Source: Archaeoglobus fulgidus DSM 4304 (GTDB taxonomy: Archaea; Halobacteriota; Archaeoglobi; Archaeoglobales; Archaeoglobaceae). From it: a stretch of DNA of 32,000 nt. The notes beneath the pieces are model-generated. The model worked only from the letters and a program-made list of their open reading frames with translations, had not been told where the DNA came from and did not search any database. Within the stretch, counting starts at the first letter, position 1, and each line of letters opens with the position of its first letter. Both the position numbers and the translations under genes were made by a program. The DNA lies in assembly GCF_000008665.1 (NCBI RefSeq), contig NC_000917.1, positions 1,710,001 to 1,742,000 of the forward strand, written 5' to 3'. This document shows positions 10,483 to 18,713 of this stretch, one piece after another.

Positions 10483-10798
10483 TGCCCACCACCTCTAAAA
10501 TCACGAAGCTTTTTGTTTTGCTAATCGGCCTGCACTCTCCAATGGTTACAATATCTCCCGGCCTCGCCCTGATGCACCTCGGATTGTGAGCGTGAAGCTT
10601 TGACCTCTTCTTCATGTATCTCTCGAATTTCGGCACGTATCTGATGAGCTCTCTCTCGATTACTGCCGTTTTGCCGTAAACCTTCACAACCTTGCCGCGA
10701 AGCAACTGTCCTCTCACTGAAAGCGTTCCGTGAAACGGACAGTTTTCATCCTCACATTCCCTTTCAGGAGGTTTCACGTCAATACCAATATCCCTCAT
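10463..10798 (-). CDS. rps17: 30S ribosomal protein uS17
   Basis: [24 protein letters not shown] is a typical archaeal uS17 sequence. ATG 10798; the track start at 10804 is GTG. Confidence 0.93.
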   Translation of the reverse strand: MRDIGIDVKPPERECEDENCPFHGTLSVRGQLLRGKVVKVYGKTAVIERELIRYVPKFERYMKKRSKLHAHNPRCIRARPGDIVTIGECRPISKTKSFVILEVVGNEGNKS

Positions 10799-11103
10799 AT
10801 CCACACACCTTTGGCTCTTTTAAGCATCATCAAACCTCTCTTTATCCTATCCTCCGGCCTGAAATTTATCAGATCACCCTTTATCCGCATGATTTTACCC
10901 TTATACCACACTCTGAAGGTTCTACCTCTCTTCGCCACGACTTTTAAACCTTTTTCAGTCATTATTTTGAGCGTGTTCTGAGTCTCATCAACCACTTCTC
11001 CCTTTATCCCCACTTCGCTGTGGTTTGGACTCTCCACCACTTCCACCATCAGGCCAATCCAGTCCCTCGCTATCAGCTCTACACCCTGTAGCCTTCCTCG
11101 CAT
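10795..11103 (-). CDS. rnp1: Ribonuclease P protein component 1 (Rpp29/Pop4)
   Basis: [21 protein letters not shown]...[10 protein letters not shown] matches the Rpp29 Sm-like core. It occupies the canonical archaeal slot between uL29 and uS17. Confidence 0.9.
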   Translation of the reverse strand: MRGRLQGVELIARDWIGLMVEVVESPNHSEVGIKGEVVDETQNTLKIMTEKGLKVVAKRGRTFRVWYKGKIMRIKGDLINFRPEDRIKRGLMMLKRAKGVWI

Positions 11104-11270
11104 AGCGCCATCTTAAGCCTTGCAATGTCCTTCCTGATGAGGTTGATTCTCCCCGGGTTCTCCACTGCGCCACCGCTTCTCACGAGGGTTCTGAGCTTGA
11201 GAAGTTCAAGCTCCAGCTCCCTCAGCTTCCTGAGCTTCTCCTCCCTGCTCATCTCCCTTATCTCCTTCAT
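11079..11270 (-). CDS. rpl29: 50S ribosomal protein uL29
   Basis: MKEIREMSREEKLRKLRELELELLKLR. ATG 11270 follows GGTGAAG; the track start at 11285 is GTG. The start lies 65 nt inside the uS3 3' end. Confidence 0.92.
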   Translation of the reverse strand: MKEIREMSREEKLRKLRELELELLKLRTLVRSGGAVENPGRINLIRKDIARLKMALCEEGYRV

Positions 11271-11895
11271 CTTCACCGCTTTCACCCCTCAGATGCTCAA
11301 TATTTACATCCTTAACCTCAAACTCGTCGGGCAGAGTCACATCCGGCGGAATTATCCTAACGCTAACTCCCAGAACTCCGAGCTTTTTGATGGCAATGTC
11401 AAATCCCTTTTGAACCATGCTCTCCGCTGGATCGCCTGTGTGAACAATTGTCCCTGCAACGAACTTCTCAGTCCTCGCCCTCTCGCTGACAAGCTTTCCG
11501 CTGATTTCAATCTCGCATCCCTTAGCACCAGCTTCCATGATTCTGTAGAGGAACCTGTAGCCAGCCCTTCTGAAGTACCATCCCCTCTCCAAGGCTCTTG
11601 CAAGCAGTGAAGCCATCAGCTGCGCGTTGAACTCAGGTTTTTCAACCTCATCTACGCTGACCTGCGGATTCTCGATTCCGAAGTCCTTCAGCTTCTCTGT
11701 CAAAGCCTTGATTCTCCTTCCGCCCTTTCCAATGACGAGTCCAGGCCTTTCAACGAAAAGCGTTACTTGCGTTCCGAGTGGTGTGCGAAGAATGTCAACT
11801 CCGCCAAACCCTGCACTCCTCACCTCATCCTTGATCCACTCCTTGACCATCAGCTTCTTCAACCTCTCCTGAACGAACTTTCTCTCTACCGCCAT
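11206..11895 (-). CDS. rps3: 30S ribosomal protein uS3 (with acidic low-complexity C-terminal tail)
   Basis: KH-domain region LVIGKGGRRIKALTEKL. The C-terminus is GESGEDEGDKGDEQGGEAQEAEGAGA. TAATG junction with uL22. Confidence 0.95.
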   Translation of the reverse strand: MAVERKFVQERLKKLMVKEWIKDEVRSAGFGGVDILRTPLGTQVTLFVERPGLVIGKGGRRIKALTEKLKDFGIENPQVSVDEVEKPEFNAQLMASLLARALERGWYFRRAGYRFLYRIMEAGAKGCEIEISGKLVSERARTEKFVAGTIVHTGDPAESMVQKGFDIAIKKLGVLGVSVRIIPPDVTLPDEFEVKDVNIEHLRGESGEDEGDKGDEQGGEAQEAEGAGA

Positions 11896-12356
11896 TACCT
11901 CACCTCTGCCACAAGCTCTACCGTCGTAAGCTGCTGAAACCTCGGAGTTGCCCTTCCAAATGCTCTCGGCATGTATCTCTCAATAACCCTCCCCTTCTGG
12001 GCCTGAGCATGCACTATGACGAGATTCTCCACATCAAGCCCCTTATACTCTGCATTCGCCTCAAGGTTTCTCAGAACCTTAAGCACGTACTTTGCGGCCT
12101 TCTGAGGATACCTTCCTGCATACCACTTCTCCAATCCCCTTCTGTGTGCAACCTTCTTCTTGTGCCTCTTGAAGGGAATTGCCCTCTTCATCTCCACAAC
12201 GTCCTCAAGCAGCTTCCTTGCCTCCTCTATCTTCTTTCCCCTGATTGCCCTGCAAATTTCAACGGCATGCTTGAAGCTGATCGGCATCTCGTAGCCCATC
12301 GCCTTCGCAGCCTTTGTCTCATCCTCAGGTTTGTAAGCGTAGTTAACCCTCGCCAT
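11895..12356 (-). CDS. rpl22: 50S ribosomal protein uL22
   Basis: MARVNYAYKP...ISFKHAVEICRAIRGK. Candidate ATGs at 12356 and 12362. The track start at 12365 is a GTG overlapping the uS19 stop. Confidence 0.93.
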   Translation of the reverse strand: MARVNYAYKPEDETKAAKAMGYEMPISFKHAVEICRAIRGKKIEEARKLLEDVVEMKRAIPFKRHKKKVAHRRGLEKWYAGRYPQKAAKYVLKVLRNLEANAEYKGLDVENLVIVHAQAQKGRVIERYMPRAFGRATPRFQQLTTVELVAEVR

Positions 12357-12361
12357 AGGCA

Positions 12362-12763
12362 TCACTTCAGCGGGACGTACTTGCTGCTCCTCGTAGCACC
12401 AACACCGGGCCCTGAATGCTTCTCGAAGCGCCTCGTCAGTGCGAACTCTCCGAGGCGGTGCCCTATCATCTCCGGCTTTATCTCAACCCTCACGAACTCC
12501 TTGCCGTTGTGCACGAACACGACCTTGCCCACCATCTCTGGCAGCACAACCATGTCCCTGCAGTGCGTCCTTGCTGTTCCCTTCTTTCTGAGCTTTCTCA
12601 GCAGCTTCTCCTCCTGCTCAGTGAAGCCCCTCTTTATTTTCCTTCTCTCCCTCGCAGGAAGAAGCTTTGCAAGCTCTTCTAAAGGCATCTTCTGAAGCTC
12701 TTCCAGAGTGTAACCGCGATACTTGAAGTCTCTCGGCCTGATAACCTTGCTCTTTAACGCCAC
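12362..12763 (-). CDS. rps19: 30S ribosomal protein uS19
   Basis: [31 protein letters not shown] is uS19-like. The GTG start lies 3 nt after a perfect SD GGAGGTGAT, which contains the uL2 TGA stop. Confidence 0.94.
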   Translation of the reverse strand: MALKSKVIRPRDFKYRGYTLEELQKMPLEELAKLLPARERRKIKRGFTEQEEKLLRKLRKKGTARTHCRDMVVLPEMVGKVVFVHNGKEFVRVEIKPEMIGHRLGEFALTRRFEKHSGPGVGATRSSKYVPLK

Positions 12764-12767
12764 AATA

Positions 12768-13481
12768 TCACCTCCTCACACCCGTCCTGCGGGCTGCAAT
12801 ACTTCCAACCTTCCTTCCCGGAGGAGCGTTACGGCTGACGGTCTTGGGCTTACCAACATGCTGGTGCTTACCTCCACCGAAGGGATGGTCAACTGCGTTC
12901 ATCGCAACTCCCCTCACCCTCGGCCACTTCGCAGCCTTGCTCTTCATCTTGTGGTACTTCTTTCCGGCTTTGACAAAGGGCTTGTCAGTCCTGCCACCGC
13001 CCGCAACAACACCAATCATCGCCCTGCAGTTTGGATGGAACCACTTCTGCTTCCCAGAGGGCATCTGAACGAGAACCTTGTCAGCCTCTCTTGAAACAAC
13101 AAAGCCGAAGGTTCCGCTCGCTCTGATGAACTTCCCCCCATCTCCGGGCTGAGCTTCGATGTTGCAGACAGGAGTTCCCTCAGGGATGTTTTTCAGGTAG
13201 GTTATGTTTCCAGAAGCGATTTCAACGTTATCTCCAGCGTAAACAACGTCACCCGTTCCAAGGCCCTCAACAGCGAGAATGTAGGTTTCAGAACCGTCGG
13301 GAAGCTTAACAAGAGCAACGGGACCGTTTCTTGCAGAATCGTGCTGGATGTCAATTACCTTCGCCGCAACTACCTCATCTTTGAACCTCAGAAGCTTTGC
13401 GTCTGTCTTATACCTGTGAGATGGAGCCCTGTATGTTGGGGTTCCTTTTCCTCTATTCTGGGAGATTATTCTTTTACCCAT
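12768..13481 (-). CDS. rpl2: 50S ribosomal protein uL2
   Basis: [25 protein letters not shown] and C-terminal [30 protein letters not shown] lies 2 nt upstream. Confidence 0.96.
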   Translation of the reverse strand: MGKRIISQNRGKGTPTYRAPSHRYKTDAKLLRFKDEVVAAKVIDIQHDSARNGPVALVKLPDGSETYILAVEGLGTGDVVYAGDNVEIASGNITYLKNIPEGTPVCNIEAQPGDGGKFIRASGTFGFVVSREADKVLVQMPSGKQKWFHPNCRAMIGVVAGGGRTDKPFVKAGKKYHKMKSKAAKWPRVRGVAMNAVDHPFGGGKHQHVGKPKTVSRNAPPGRKVGSIAARRTGVRR

Positions 13482-13492
13482 ACATCACCACC

Positions 13493-13738
13493 TCAGAACA
13501 CTCCAAGCTTTGAAAGAATCTCTTCAGCCGAGTAATCGGGCTTGAGCTTGATGTAGGCTTTCTTCTCGCCTTTCGGCGTTATCAGCGTGTTGACCCTCTC
13601 CACCTCAACGTTGAAGAGCTTTTCAATCTCCTTTTTGATGTGCTCCTTTCTGGCCCTCATGTCAACTATCGCCGTCAGCACGTTCTTTTCCAGCTCTGCA
13701 ACACTCTTCTCCGTAACGAGGAAGCATTTAATCAGCAT
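13493..13738 (-). CDS. rpl23: 50S ribosomal protein uL23
   Basis: [48 protein letters not shown] 13738 follows GGGTGAGTGG. Confidence 0.92.
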   Translation of the reverse strand: MLIKCFLVTEKSVAELEKNVLTAIVDMRARKEHIKKEIEKLFNVEVERVNTLITPKGEKKAYIKLKPDYSAEEILSKLGVF

Positions 13739-14490
13739 AACCACTCACCCAGATACTCAACTGCCGATTTTGTCCACACAGTAAGCCTTCCTGGATGACA
13801 GCCGGGAGCGAGAAGCTCTACATTCAAATCCTTAACAACCACCGCATCCACTCCCGGAAGATTCTTTGCAGCCTTCACAACTCCATCATCCTTCCCTACA
13901 ACAAGCAGAACGCTCTTCTTTTTGACGTATCTCCTTCCTCTCATCTTCCCTCTGCCGGCCCTGTATCTCTTCCTCTCCTTCGCCCTCTCCACATCAGCGT
14001 AAACGCCAATTGCCCTGAAAACCTCCGCAACGTCCTTTGTTCTCTTCACCGACTCCAGTTCATTGCTCACAACCTTCGGCAGCTCTCCCTCGAAAACGTG
14101 GCTTCTCTGCCTCACAAGCTCCTCATTTGCAGTAGCTGCAATCGCTGACTTCAAAGCCTTTCTCATTTCCTTCTTGTTTATCTTCTCCGCCCACTTTCTC
14201 TCCGGCTTTGGCGGATGTGCCCTTCTCCCACCGACAGCCTGAGGAACGACAACAGCCCTTCTGCCCAGCTTCCACCTCGGAACTCTCGCATATCCATGCC
14301 CCGGTCCCCAGTTCTCCCACGAGTAGTCAACACCGCTCAGCGGATTCGGGCCGTATGGCTGCCTGCGATGAGACTGAAGGGCCAGAACAGCCCTCTTGAT
14401 GATGTCAGGTCTGAACTCCTCTGCAAACACTTCGGGAAGCTCTATTTCCTCTGTTACCTCTCCCTTCAGGTTCAAAACCTTGGCCTTCAT
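13732..14490 (-). CDS. rpl4: 50S ribosomal protein uL4
   Basis: [25 protein letters not shown] 14490 follows the SD-like GGGGAGATGAT. The track start at 14496 is an ATG inside it, overlapping the uL3 stop. Confidence 0.94.
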   Translation of the reverse strand: MKAKVLNLKGEVTEEIELPEVFAEEFRPDIIKRAVLALQSHRRQPYGPNPLSGVDYSWENWGPGHGYARVPRWKLGRRAVVVPQAVGGRRAHPPKPERKWAEKINKKEMRKALKSAIAATANEELVRQRSHVFEGELPKVVSNELESVKRTKDVAEVFRAIGVYADVERAKERKRYRAGRGKMRGRRYVKKKSVLLVVGKDDGVVKAAKNLPGVDAVVVKDLNVELLAPGCHPGRLTVWTKSAVEYLGEWLC

Positions 14491-14492
14491 AA

Positions 14493-15488
14493 TCATCTCC
14501 CCTGCTTGGACGTTGTGCTAACGTAAACAATATTCACACCATCAAAATGCGCCTTCGGTGGTCTTATCGCATCCCTCATCCTTATCAGCCTCTTCACCGG
14601 CCCCGGAACAGAGCCGGTTACAAGGACATACTGAGTTCTGATAACTCCGTAGTGCAGAAATCCGCCCTTTGGCGTAATCTCCTCTCCGTTCTCTCCAATC
14701 TTGATGAGCCTCTTGTTGTACTCAGTTCTCTGGTGGAATCCCATCTGACCTGCCTGCGGAACCGTCCACCTCACGTGGTGCGGATTCCACGGGCCAAGAT
14801 TACCCACTCTCCTGTGCTTGCTGCTCCTCGCATGCTTTGCATCCAGCGTAATCACTCCCCACCTCTTAACAGGCCCCTGGAAGCCCTTACCCTTTGTTAC
14901 AGCAATAACGTCGATAATCGCTCCCTCATCAAAAACTTCCGAAACGCTAATCTCTTTACCGAGCTTGGAAATTGCGTAATCCAAAGCTTCCTCAACATTT
15001 CCTCCAATCCTGTGCTCCATCACGTCAGGAACCTTCTTGGGAACTCCAGTGATGAGGTAAGGCTGAGTGTAGGTTACAACCCTCACCTCCGAAGCCCCAT
15101 TCTCCACCGCTGCTTTGAGCTTCTCCACATCCGGCTCCTTCTTTGGCAGATTCAGCCTTCTGTCGAGAAAATCGTCCAGATTGTTGCTCCAAACTTCTGC
15201 TGCAATCTGCATTCCGTACTGAGTTTTCTTGTAAACCCTCACTGCCGCAACTTTCATCGGCGGTGTTTCTATTACCGTAACAGGAACCACAACCTCCTCA
15301 CCGTATGTGGGAGAGTTCTTCCTGTCGTCTATCATCACAACGTGTGTCATCCCAGCCTTGTATCCTGCAAATCCCTGCATCCTAACTCTGTCACACTCCG
15401 GCCATGCTCTGATTCTTGGAACGATGCTCTTAGCCCTTTTTCTTGGAGAAAACGCTAAAGAACCCCTTCTCGGTCTGTGATACTTCAT
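14493..15488 (-). CDS. rpl3: 50S ribosomal protein uL3
   Basis: MKYHRPRRGSLAFSPRKRA...FAGYKAGMTHV...KGKGFQGPVKRWG. ATGA overlap with the upstream SPOUT gene. Confidence 0.96.
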   Translation of the reverse strand: MKYHRPRRGSLAFSPRKRAKSIVPRIRAWPECDRVRMQGFAGYKAGMTHVVMIDDRKNSPTYGEEVVVPVTVIETPPMKVAAVRVYKKTQYGMQIAAEVWSNNLDDFLDRRLNLPKKEPDVEKLKAAVENGASEVRVVTYTQPYLITGVPKKVPDVMEHRIGGNVEEALDYAISKLGKEISVSEVFDEGAIIDVIAVTKGKGFQGPVKRWGVITLDAKHARSSKHRRVGNLGPWNPHHVRWTVPQAGQMGFHQRTEYNKRLIKIGENGEEITPKGGFLHYGVIRTQYVLVTGSVPGPVKRLIRMRDAIRPPKAHFDGVNIVYVSTTSKQGR

Positions 15489-16255
15489 TCCAAACCACCC
15501 CAGTAGTCTGCAAAATTAACAAGTGAAAGAGTCGCAAAGATAGCCTCCTCTAACCTCACGGTTTTCGTTCCCTGATTCGGCACCACATTCCAGCACTCTG
15601 CCTCCATCTCGACCCCCAACCTTTTCGCGATTTCGAACACACCCTCTTCGGGATTTCCGAATACGAGTGTAACGTCCCGTCTCAATGCTGGTGGCTTCAC
15701 AACCTCACACTTGCGTGAGGTCACCACCAGATTTTTCCTCTTTACCAGCTCCTCCAGACGGAGCTTTTTCACCCTGTAACCCCAATACTCCTGGGGCTCA
15801 GCTTCTTCCACCCGCAACGGCGTCTTCGAACAGATCCTGACGGTCACGCGGGCGCCCTTTTCCGCATCACTCTTCATGGGCGCCAGGGCGTCGATGCCAA
15901 CATCCACCCATCGCGTCCCGTCAGGGGCAACGTGTCTTACAACGCCCTCCCTCAATTCACCGACTTTTAAATGTTTCGACCTGTGGGAGGGAATGGCGAG
16001 CGGAGGAAGCAAGCCGGCATACTTCAACGATTTTTTGAGAGGAAATATGTGCTTCCTCAGATACTGCGGTGTTTCAAGGTACTCCAGTATCTCAGCGATA
16101 AAGTCAGACTCATCAAGTATAGGGTCATAGTATATTATAATCTCATCTACTCTGAAAACGGCCGCTGCTCTAGCTATCAGCCCAACTTTGTAGGTCTTTA
16201 TTTTCTCGTCCCTCTCGTTGATGAGGGCTGAAGATGGAATGGCGATGGAGAGCAT
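15485..16255 (-). CDS. DUF171/COG2106-type putative SPOUT RNA methyltransferase (MTH1-like) with an inserted OB-like segment
   Basis: 256 aa, first gene of the r-protein run, a position known for the MTH1/DUF171 family. It opens MLSIAIPSSAL...YKVGLIARAAAVFRVDEIIIY and closes with a knot-like region LVFGNPEEG...LNVVPNQGTKTVRLEEAIFATL. The middle segment GELREGVV...VDVGI looks OB-like. The family assignment is from memory of the family, not from a search. Confidence 0.65.
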   Translation of the reverse strand: MLSIAIPSSALINERDEKIKTYKVGLIARAAAVFRVDEIIIYYDPILDESDFIAEILEYLETPQYLRKHIFPLKKSLKYAGLLPPLAIPSHRSKHLKVGELREGVVRHVAPDGTRWVDVGIDALAPMKSDAEKGARVTVRICSKTPLRVEEAEPQEYWGYRVKKLRLEELVKRKNLVVTSRKCEVVKPPALRRDVTLVFGNPEEGVFEIAKRLGVEMEAECWNVVPNQGTKTVRLEEAIFATLSLVNFADYWGGLE

Positions 16256-16276
16256 GATGCTTAATTGTGTGGGGTG

Positions 16277-16284
16277 ATAAAAAG
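16277..16284 (-). promoter_or_regulatory. TATA-box-like element for the SPOUT/r-protein/secY super-operon
   Basis: Minus strand ctttttat is centred about 25 nt upstream of ATG 16255. It is the only non-coding gap at the head of the 27-gene run. Confidence 0.4.
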
Positions 16285-16312
16285 TATTAGCCCAAATCGC
16301 TATGCTGGTGCC

Positions 16313-16933
16313 CTACAAATCGCACGGCTCGAACAGAGAGTCGCTAAGCGTAGCATCAAGCTCCATGCTCACAAAATGTAGGGTTACTGTGTTGTTTTCA
16401 GGAAAGCTCACTCTCAGCTGGATTTTTGCGGGATACCACTCGCCCTTGACAACCCATACTTTCTCAATTTCAACCTCCCCCTTTCCCCCATCTTTCGCGG
16501 CAAGAACGTAGCATTCCTTACTTTCGTTATTCACCACAACCTTCTCCTCTCCAACCAGCGTTACCTCGTACGACTTTAGCATCTCCAAAAAATGGCCATA
16601 GTAGAAGTCAACTACTCTGTTTAATGTTATCGTCTTCGATCCGTTCCCACTGCAAATTTTCACCGCGCTTCCGTTGAACACGCTCACCGTGTTTTCAGGC
16701 AAGTACTCTATCCGCATTCTGTCGGGCTTTTTGAAGGCGACGTTAATGTAGCTCACGTGATTGTCACTTACTTCTTGAATTTTTGCTTTATAGCTTTCAG
16801 CTTCTTCATACCTTTCATAGAGCTTGGTAAGAATTTCCTCTGCTGTCGGAGTCTGTATGCAGGCGGACAGAAAGACGAGGGCGGCGATGAGGGGCCAAAC
16901 TCTTTTCATGCAAGCTATAGCACAACAAAGCAT
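16313..16933 (-). CDS. LolA-like (lipoprotein-carrier fold) secreted protein with a lipobox signal peptide
   Basis: The N-terminus MLCCAIACMKRVWPLIAALVFLSAC has a hydrophobic core ending in L-S-A-C. The body FKKPDRMRIEYLPENTVSVFNGS resembles LolA/DUF4367-like proteins. A TATA-like element at 16959-16967 (minus strand) sits about 26 nt upstream of ATG 16933. Alternative ATG at 16909. Confidence 0.55.
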   Translation of the reverse strand: MLCCAIACMKRVWPLIAALVFLSACIQTPTAEEILTKLYERYEEAESYKAKIQEVSDNHVSYINVAFKKPDRMRIEYLPENTVSVFNGSAVKICSGNGSKTITLNRVVDFYYGHFLEMLKSYEVTLVGEEKVVVNNESKECYVLAAKDGGKGEVEIEKVWVVKGEWYPAKIQLRVSFPENNTVTLHFVSMELDATLSDSLFEPCDL

Positions 16934-17029
16934 TTAAACTTTGCCAAAAGCGCGCTGGATATATAAAAAAAACTTTTAATAAACACTACGAAAGACTATT
17001 ATTTTTCTCCTCGCCCAAAAAGAGAACGG

Positions 17030-17037
17030 TTAAATAG
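17030..17037 (+). promoter_or_regulatory. TATA-box-like element for fwdDBAC
   Basis: ttaaatag lies about 40 nt upstream of ATG 17076, leaving a short leader that carries SD GGTGAT (17067-17072). Confidence 0.4.
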
Positions 17038-17075
17038 TATTTGTTAAGACTTCCTCAAAAACTTTTGGTGATAGG

Positions 17076-17444
17076 ATGCTGGAAGTGGAAGTTATATCTG
17101 GTAGAACCCTCAATCAGGGGGCCACTGTTGAGGAAAAACTAACCGAAGAGTACTTCAACGCTGTCAATTATGCAGAAATCAACGAGGAGGACTGGAACGC
17201 TCTCGGTCTGCAGGAGGGCGACAGGGTAAAGGTAAAAACGGAGTTTGGAGAGGTTGTGGTTTTTGCAAAGAAGGGAGATGTGCCGAAAGGGATGATATTC
17301 ATTCCCATGGGCCCCTACGCCAACATGGTCATTGACCCTTCAACTGATGGCACAGGAATGCCGCAGTTTAAGGGCGTAAAAGGGACTGTGGAGAAGACGG
17401 ATGAGAAGGTTTTGAGTGTGAAGGAGCTTCTGGAGGCGATTTAA
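17076..17444 (+). CDS. fwdD: Formylmethanofuran dehydrogenase subunit D
   Basis: 122-aa molybdopterin-dinucleotide-binding-type barrel (GDRVKVKTEFGEVVVFAKKGDVPKGMIFIPMGPYAN). It directly precedes fwdB. SD GGTGAT at 17067-17072. Confidence 0.9.
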   Translation: MLEVEVISGRTLNQGATVEEKLTEEYFNAVNYAEINEEDWNALGLQEGDRVKVKTEFGEVVVFAKKGDVPKGMIFIPMGPYANMVIDPSTDGTGMPQFKGVKGTVEKTDEKVLSVKELLEAI

Positions 17445-18710
17445 ATGGCGGAAAGTGTGAATTTGGTCTGCACCTTTTGCGGTAGCGTTTGTGACGACGG
17501 GCAGTTTGACGTAGAGCAGTTCAAATCAAAGAAGCTCTGTAAGCTCGGCAGTGCCAAATTCTCCAAGAAGGAGCGCATTAAGGCTCCGATGATTGATGGC
17601 AAAGAGGTTAGCTATGAGGAGGCTATCGAGAAGGCCGCTGAGATTCTTGTAAACGCCAAAAAGCCGCTGCTCTACGGCTGGGCTTCAACGGTGAACGAGG
17701 CCATAAGGCTTGGAGTCATTCTTACGGAGAAGGTTGGCGGTGTTTACGACCAGTGCGCAAGTGTCTGCCACGCCCCCGGAACTCTTGCCGTCATTGAAGA
17801 AGGTCTGCCCGGTGGAACTCTTGGGGCGATAAAGAACAGGGCTGATGTCGTGGTATTCTGGGGAGCAAATCCGATGGAGGCCCATCCGAGGCACGGGATG
17901 AGATACTCCATCTCTGCCAAAGGACTGCTGATAAAGGACAGGAAGCAGAGAAAGGTTATCGTCGTTGATGTAAGGCCAACTAAAACCGCAAAGCTCGCAG
18001 ACGAGTTCATTCAAATCAAGCCTGGATACGATTATCCGATAATATCAGCCCTGAGAGCGATAATTTCGGGCAATGCTGATGCCGTGCCGGATGAGGTTGG
18101 TGGTGTGAGCAAGGAAAAGCTGGTTGAGCTTGCCGAGACGATGAAGAATGCCAAGTATGGAGCAGTTCTCTACGGCTTGGGCGTTACGCAGTCAAGGGGG
18201 AGAGACAGGAACGTTGAGAACGCCGTAAAGCTGATTCAGCTCCTCAACCGCCACACGAGGTGGGTTATCTGGCCGATGAGAGGTCACTACAATGTTGTTG
18301 GTGCGGGAGAGGTTCCTGCTTGGGAGGTTGGCTACCAGTACGCCATAGACTTCAGCAGAGGCTATCCGAGGTTCTCTCCAGCTGAGTTCTCTGCCGTTGA
18401 GGTTTTGAAGAGGAAGGACTGTGATGCTGCCCTCATTATCGCATCAGACCCGGTAGCGCACTTCCCAAGGGCAGCAGTTAAGCACCTCAAGGAGATCCCC
18501 GTCATTCAGATTGACCCCTTCCCCAACATGACGACCCTTGTTGCAAATGTCGTCATTCCCTCAGCGGTTGCGGGGCTTGAGGCGGAGGGCACGGCTTACA
18601 GGATGGACGGCATAGCCCTGAGAGTTAAGAAGGTTGTAGAGAGCAGCTACTGGAGCGACGAGCAGATTCTTGAAAAGCTGCTCGAGAAGGTTGAGGAGCT
18701 TAAGGGGTGA
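17445..18710 (+). CDS. fwdB: Formylmethanofuran dehydrogenase subunit B (Cys-type, not selenocysteine)
   Basis: N-terminal 4-Cys cluster C9/C12/C16/C32 (CTFCGSVCDDG...C). Pterin-enzyme active-site context QCASVCHAPG with TGC at 17766-17768. No in-frame TGA. Confidence 0.92.
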   Translation: MAESVNLVCTFCGSVCDDGQFDVEQFKSKKLCKLGSAKFSKKERIKAPMIDGKEVSYEEAIEKAAEILVNAKKPLLYGWASTVNEAIRLGVILTEKVGGVYDQCASVCHAPGTLAVIEEGLPGGTLGAIKNRADVVVFWGANPMEAHPRHGMRYSISAKGLLIKDRKQRKVIVVDVRPTKTAKLADEFIQIKPGYDYPIISALRAIISGNADAVPDEVGGVSKEKLVELAETMKNAKYGAVLYGLGVTQSRGRDRNVENAVKLIQLLNRHTRWVIWPMRGHYNVVGAGEVPAWEVGYQYAIDFSRGYPRFSPAEFSAVEVLKRKDCDAALIIASDPVAHFPRAAVKHLKEIPVIQIDPFPNMTTLVANVVIPSAVAGLEAEGTAYRMDGIALRVKKVVESSYWSDEQILEKLLEKVEELKG

Positions 18711-18713
18711 TAA

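Noticed and set aside
10795-11103. RNase P subunit inside the r-protein operon as an anomaly.
   Set aside because: This placement between uL29 and uS17 is the conserved archaeal arrangement and is not novel by itself.
14547-15458. 303-aa plus-strand ORF antisense to uL3. Similar long antisense ORFs occur at 7148-7876, 8527-9252, 12009-12695, 20377-20973, 25082-25684 and 618-1151.
   Set aside because: Each lies entirely within a confidently identified gene on the other strand. Their translations are low-complexity and S/L/P/R-rich with no recognisable motifs. Such shadow ORFs are expected opposite codon-biased genes.
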